DNA of 64,000 bases from an uncultured Planctomycetaceae bacterium (GTDB lineage: Bacteria > Planctomycetota > Planctomycetia > Planctomycetales > Planctomycetaceae), in assembly GCA_963815195.1 (NCBI GenBank), contig CAWFGE010000013.1:544001-608000 (forward strand), written 5' to 3'. Shown here in pieces: positions 61,237 to 64,000 of this stretch (its first letter is position 1; every line of letters starts with the position of its first letter). The notes under the pieces are model-generated. The model had not been told where the DNA came from and did no database searches. It saw only the letters and a list, made by a program, of their open reading frames with translations. The position numbers were made by a program, and so were the translations under genes.

Positions 61237-62274
61237 ATGCAATTCCCTCTGGTCCCCCTGTTGGCGGCCGACGGTTTCCATACAACCGTGCTGGTGCTGT
61301 CCATCAGTTTGTTATTGGTGTTGTTCATCGGGCTGGCGGTTTTCATTCGTTATGTCGGGTTATGGGTTCAATGCCGGATGACCCGCGCGGACATTCCCCT
61401 CATCCAACTCATGTTGATGACGCTGCGGAAGGTCAATCCGTCGGTGATTGCGCATAGCAAGATCATGGCGGTCCAGTCGGGGATCACCAGCGTGTATCCC
61501 GTCTCCGCCCAGGCCTTGCAAGCCCATTATCTGGCGGGAGGAAACGTTCCCAACGTCATCCGAGCGCTGATTGCCGCGTACCGGGCCAATATCGAAATCG
61601 ACTGGCAGACGGCCCAGGCGATCGACCTGGCGGGACGGGATCTGCTCGATGCGGTTCGCACGAGTGTGAATCCCAAAGTCATCGACTGCCCCGATCCCTC
61701 CAAATCGAGAGGGCCGTTGGAAGCGATGGCCGGCGACGGAATCCAAGTAATGGTGCGGGCCCGCGTGACTGTCCGCTCGAACCTCAAACAACTCGTGGGC
61801 GGGGCGACCGAAGAAACGATTATCGCCCGCGTGGGGCAAGGCATTGTCCAGGCAATCGGTTTGACCTCGAATTACAAAACCGTGCTGGAAAATCCCGATC
61901 GCATCTCGAAACTCGTGCTGATGCAAGGCCTCGAAGCGCAAACGGCCTTCGAGATTGTGTCCATCGACATCGCGGACATCGACGTGGGGGAAAACATCGG
62001 CGCCCGATTGCAGGCCGAGCAGGCGGAGGCCGACATGCGGATCGCGGAAGCCAAGGCGGAGGAACAACGCGCCCAAGCGATGGCCCGCCGGCAGGAAATG
62101 CTGGCCCAGGTTCAGGAAAACCGGGCAAAGGTGGTTCTTGCGGAAGCCGAGATTCCGCGGGGAATCGCTGCCTCGCTCGTCGAACACCGGATGGGGCTGC
62201 TCGACTACTTCGACCTGCAAAACCTGAATGCCGATACGCAAATGCGGAACAGCATCGCCGCCGGAGGCTCTTGA
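61237..62274 (+). CDS. floA: Flotillin-like protein FloA (YqfA/UPF0365)
   Basis: N-terminal TM; LRKVNP, AHYLAGGNV..V..ALIAA, AIDLAGRD, SVNPKVIDCP, GGATEETIIARVG, FEIVSIDIADIDVGENIGARLQ. Confidence 0.92.
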   Translation: MQFPLVPLLAADGFHTTVLVLSISLLLVLFIGLAVFIRYVGLWVQCRMTRADIPLIQLMLMTLRKVNPSVIAHSKIMAVQSGITSVYPVSAQALQAHYLAGGNVPNVIRALIAAYRANIEIDWQTAQAIDLAGRDLLDAVRTSVNPKVIDCPDPSKSRGPLEAMAGDGIQVMVRARVTVRSNLKQLVGGATEETIIARVGQGIVQAIGLTSNYKTVLENPDRISKLVLMQGLEAQTAFEIVSIDIADIDVGENIGARLQAEQAEADMRIAEAKAEEQRAQAMARRQEMLAQVQENRAKVVLAEAEIPRGIAASLVEHRMGLLDYFDLQNLNADTQMRNSIAAGGS

Positions 62275-62468
62275 AAGAGCTTGAAAGAGTTGGAACACAC
62301 GCCGCCAGAAACTGCCTGAGGTGTGCGAAAACCGCCCGATCGATTCGCGGCCCCACTTTCCATTGAACCCCAGGAGAATTCTCTCGATCCGGCAAGTTCC
62401 TTTGAACTGGACATTGGCGGCGAACGCTAAGCCGGCTTTGGTGAATCGGATTTTGCGATGCTCTTCCA

Positions 62469-62533
62469 TAGCCCGAAACGCCAGCGAGGGATTCTTCCCG
62501 CCAGTCCGATTCTCTCGCTGGCGTTTCGGGCTA
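62469..62533. repeat. REP-like palindrome, family R1
   Basis: TAGCCCGAAACGCCAGCGAG...CTCGCTGGCGTTTCGGGCTA, perfect 20-bp arms. Confidence 0.75.
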
Positions 62534-62597
62534 GTAAATGATTCACTGGCGGCTGATTTTTTCAACTCGCCGAGAGATTGGCAGAAGAAGTCATCCC

Positions 62598-63350
62598 ATG
62601 CGAAATATGCTTGACACAATGTACCTCCATGTGGCGCAGATCGTCACATTCGCAAATGGAAACGCCTTAACGAATGCCACCGGGTTCTTTTATCTCCATC
62701 AGAAGTTTCTGTACTTGGTCACGGCGCGGCACGTCGTTCTCAATGAAGCGGTTCAGCATCGCCCCGATCGCCTGCAAGTTTCGCTGCACTCCGATCCGAA
62801 CGACCTCAGGCAATGCGGCGATCTCTCGATTCCATTATATGTGGATGGTGTGCCGCAATGGTATCAGCATCCCGAGTTCGATGCCGACGTGGCGGCGGTT
62901 GCCATCAATGATCCAACGGTGCTCAACAGCTATTTTCTCACCCCGTTCGGACCAGACGACATCATGAACAGCAATGAAGGAATGCCGTTGGGCCAGGATG
63001 TGCTGATCCTCGGTTTTCCTCTGGGCTTCCACGATACATTGAACAACTTGCCCATCGTGCGGAGCGCGACGATCGCCAGCTCTTTTGCGCATCCGTTCAA
63101 AGGCGAACCATACTTTCTTACGGACGCCCGGTTGCACCGCGGGATGAGCGGATCCCCCGTGATTTTTTTTCCGGAATCCGGCGATGAGCACACGGGGGAA
63201 TGGAGACTGCTCGGAATCCACACGTCCGCATTGGACGTCTCGAATCGGGATCCCGCTCAGGATGAACGACTCGCGCTTAATACAACGTGGTACGCTTCTC
63301 TCATTCCCGAAATGCTTCCCTCGCACGAGGACGCGAATGCCGATCCTTAA
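62598..63350 (+). CDS. Trypsin-like serine protease without signal peptide
   Basis: ATGFF, LVTARHV (His), DVAAV (Asp), GFPLG, GMSGSPV (Ser), LLGIH. Confidence 0.85.
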   Translation: MRNMLDTMYLHVAQIVTFANGNALTNATGFFYLHQKFLYLVTARHVVLNEAVQHRPDRLQVSLHSDPNDLRQCGDLSIPLYVDGVPQWYQHPEFDADVAAVAINDPTVLNSYFLTPFGPDDIMNSNEGMPLGQDVLILGFPLGFHDTLNNLPIVRSATIASSFAHPFKGEPYFLTDARLHRGMSGSPVIFFPESGDEHTGEWRLLGIHTSALDVSNRDPAQDERLALNTTWYASLIPEMLPSHEDANADP

Positions 63351-63430
63351 CGAAAATGCGTTTCTCACCGATTGGAAATCATGAATCTTGGTTTCCAGAG
63401 GCAGGCCGGGTCCGGCACACCACAACACCT

Positions 63431-64000
63431 TCAACCCGCGATCGGAAAATCCTCCGCGGGCGTGTAATTCAGGTTCGCCAAGTGCGGCGTTTCGATGCGT
63501 TTGCCCCCGGCGTGGCGGGAATCGTGAAGGGCTTTTAGAATGCCGGTGGTCAGCAGCGTTCGTTCGACGGGATAGCTCGGCTTGCCGGTGCGGAACATGA
63601 ACTCGATGTGGTTGCACAGAAAACTGAAATGGTCCCGCGAAGGTTTGGGCAAGAGGGCATACGTGCCAATCGGGTCGGGGCGTCCTTTCACCTCCGCGGC
63701 AAAACAGAACTCCTCAACCACTCCGCTCAGGCACACCGCCGCCTCGAACCCGTCGCGGTACTCGATGCGAAACACGATCTGATCGCCGTTTTGTTTCCGA
63801 AGGTTTTTGCTGGAAGCCGGCACCGGGGCGATCGCGGCTTCGAGGAGTTTTGCTGTTTTCTGTTCGCTCAAGAATTTTTTCGCGGCCGCTTTTTCCAGAA
63901 CCTCGACCGCCTTGACGCCGCTTTCTCCTCCCGCACGTTTCTCGACAAATGTCTGCAGCAATTCCAGGCAGTGGAATCCATAACTCTCAAAGCCGCCATG
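63431..64000 (-). CDS. 3' part of a hypothetical, possibly Gfo/Idh/MocA-like protein, truncated by the window edge
   Basis: ESYGFHCLE..Q.FVE.R.GGESGV, IEYRDG, MFRTGKP.YPVERTLLTTGIL. Confidence 0.7.
   Translation of the reverse strand, partial: HGGFESYGFHCLELLQTFVEKRAGGESGVKAVEVLEKAAAKKFLSEQKTAKLLEAAIAPVPASSKNLRKQNGDQIVFRIEYRDGFEAAVCLSGVVEEFCFAAEVKGRPDPIGTYALLPKPSRDHFSFLCNHIEFMFRTGKPSYPVERTLLTTGILKALHDSRHAGGKRIETPHLANLNYTPAEDFPIAG

Overview
GC-rich bacterial chromosomal window. The gene content points to a planctomycete: a DUF1549/DUF1553 + DUF1501 pair, a DUF1559 prepilin-like protein, CRTAC1/ASPIC-UnbV, a sulfatase, a very long FliD and a DHPS-like H4MPT-pathway homologue. Housekeeping genes include tRNA-Gly-tig-clpP-clpP, nnrE, queC, fliD-fliS, scpB, pcm, a TrmH-family gene and floA. 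At least nine otherwise intact genes carry isolated 1-2 nt indels, best explained as long-read consensus errors. Most notable: (1) a 14-kb export module of 1 membrane-fusion protein, 2 mosaic near-duplicate RND permeases with a non-AcrB proton-relay signature and 3 different TolC-like proteins, with a recurring GGGGAWWTCCCC palindrome upstream of its units; (2) a stand-alone ~1425-aa membrane-anchored 9-10-heme cytochrome fused to LVIVD-like repeats; (3) nested non-autonomous repeat elements, one flanked by a 77-bp direct duplication in the fliD promoter region; (4) an alkyltransferase-like/endonuclease V fusion; (5) two parS sites and an orphan terminator (candidate sRNA) beside tRNA-Gly; (6) a Tat-signal GatC-like protein coupled to a signal-less amidase. 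No CRISPR array, rRNA, transposase or integrase was seen. Family assignments come from motif recognition by eye, not database searches.
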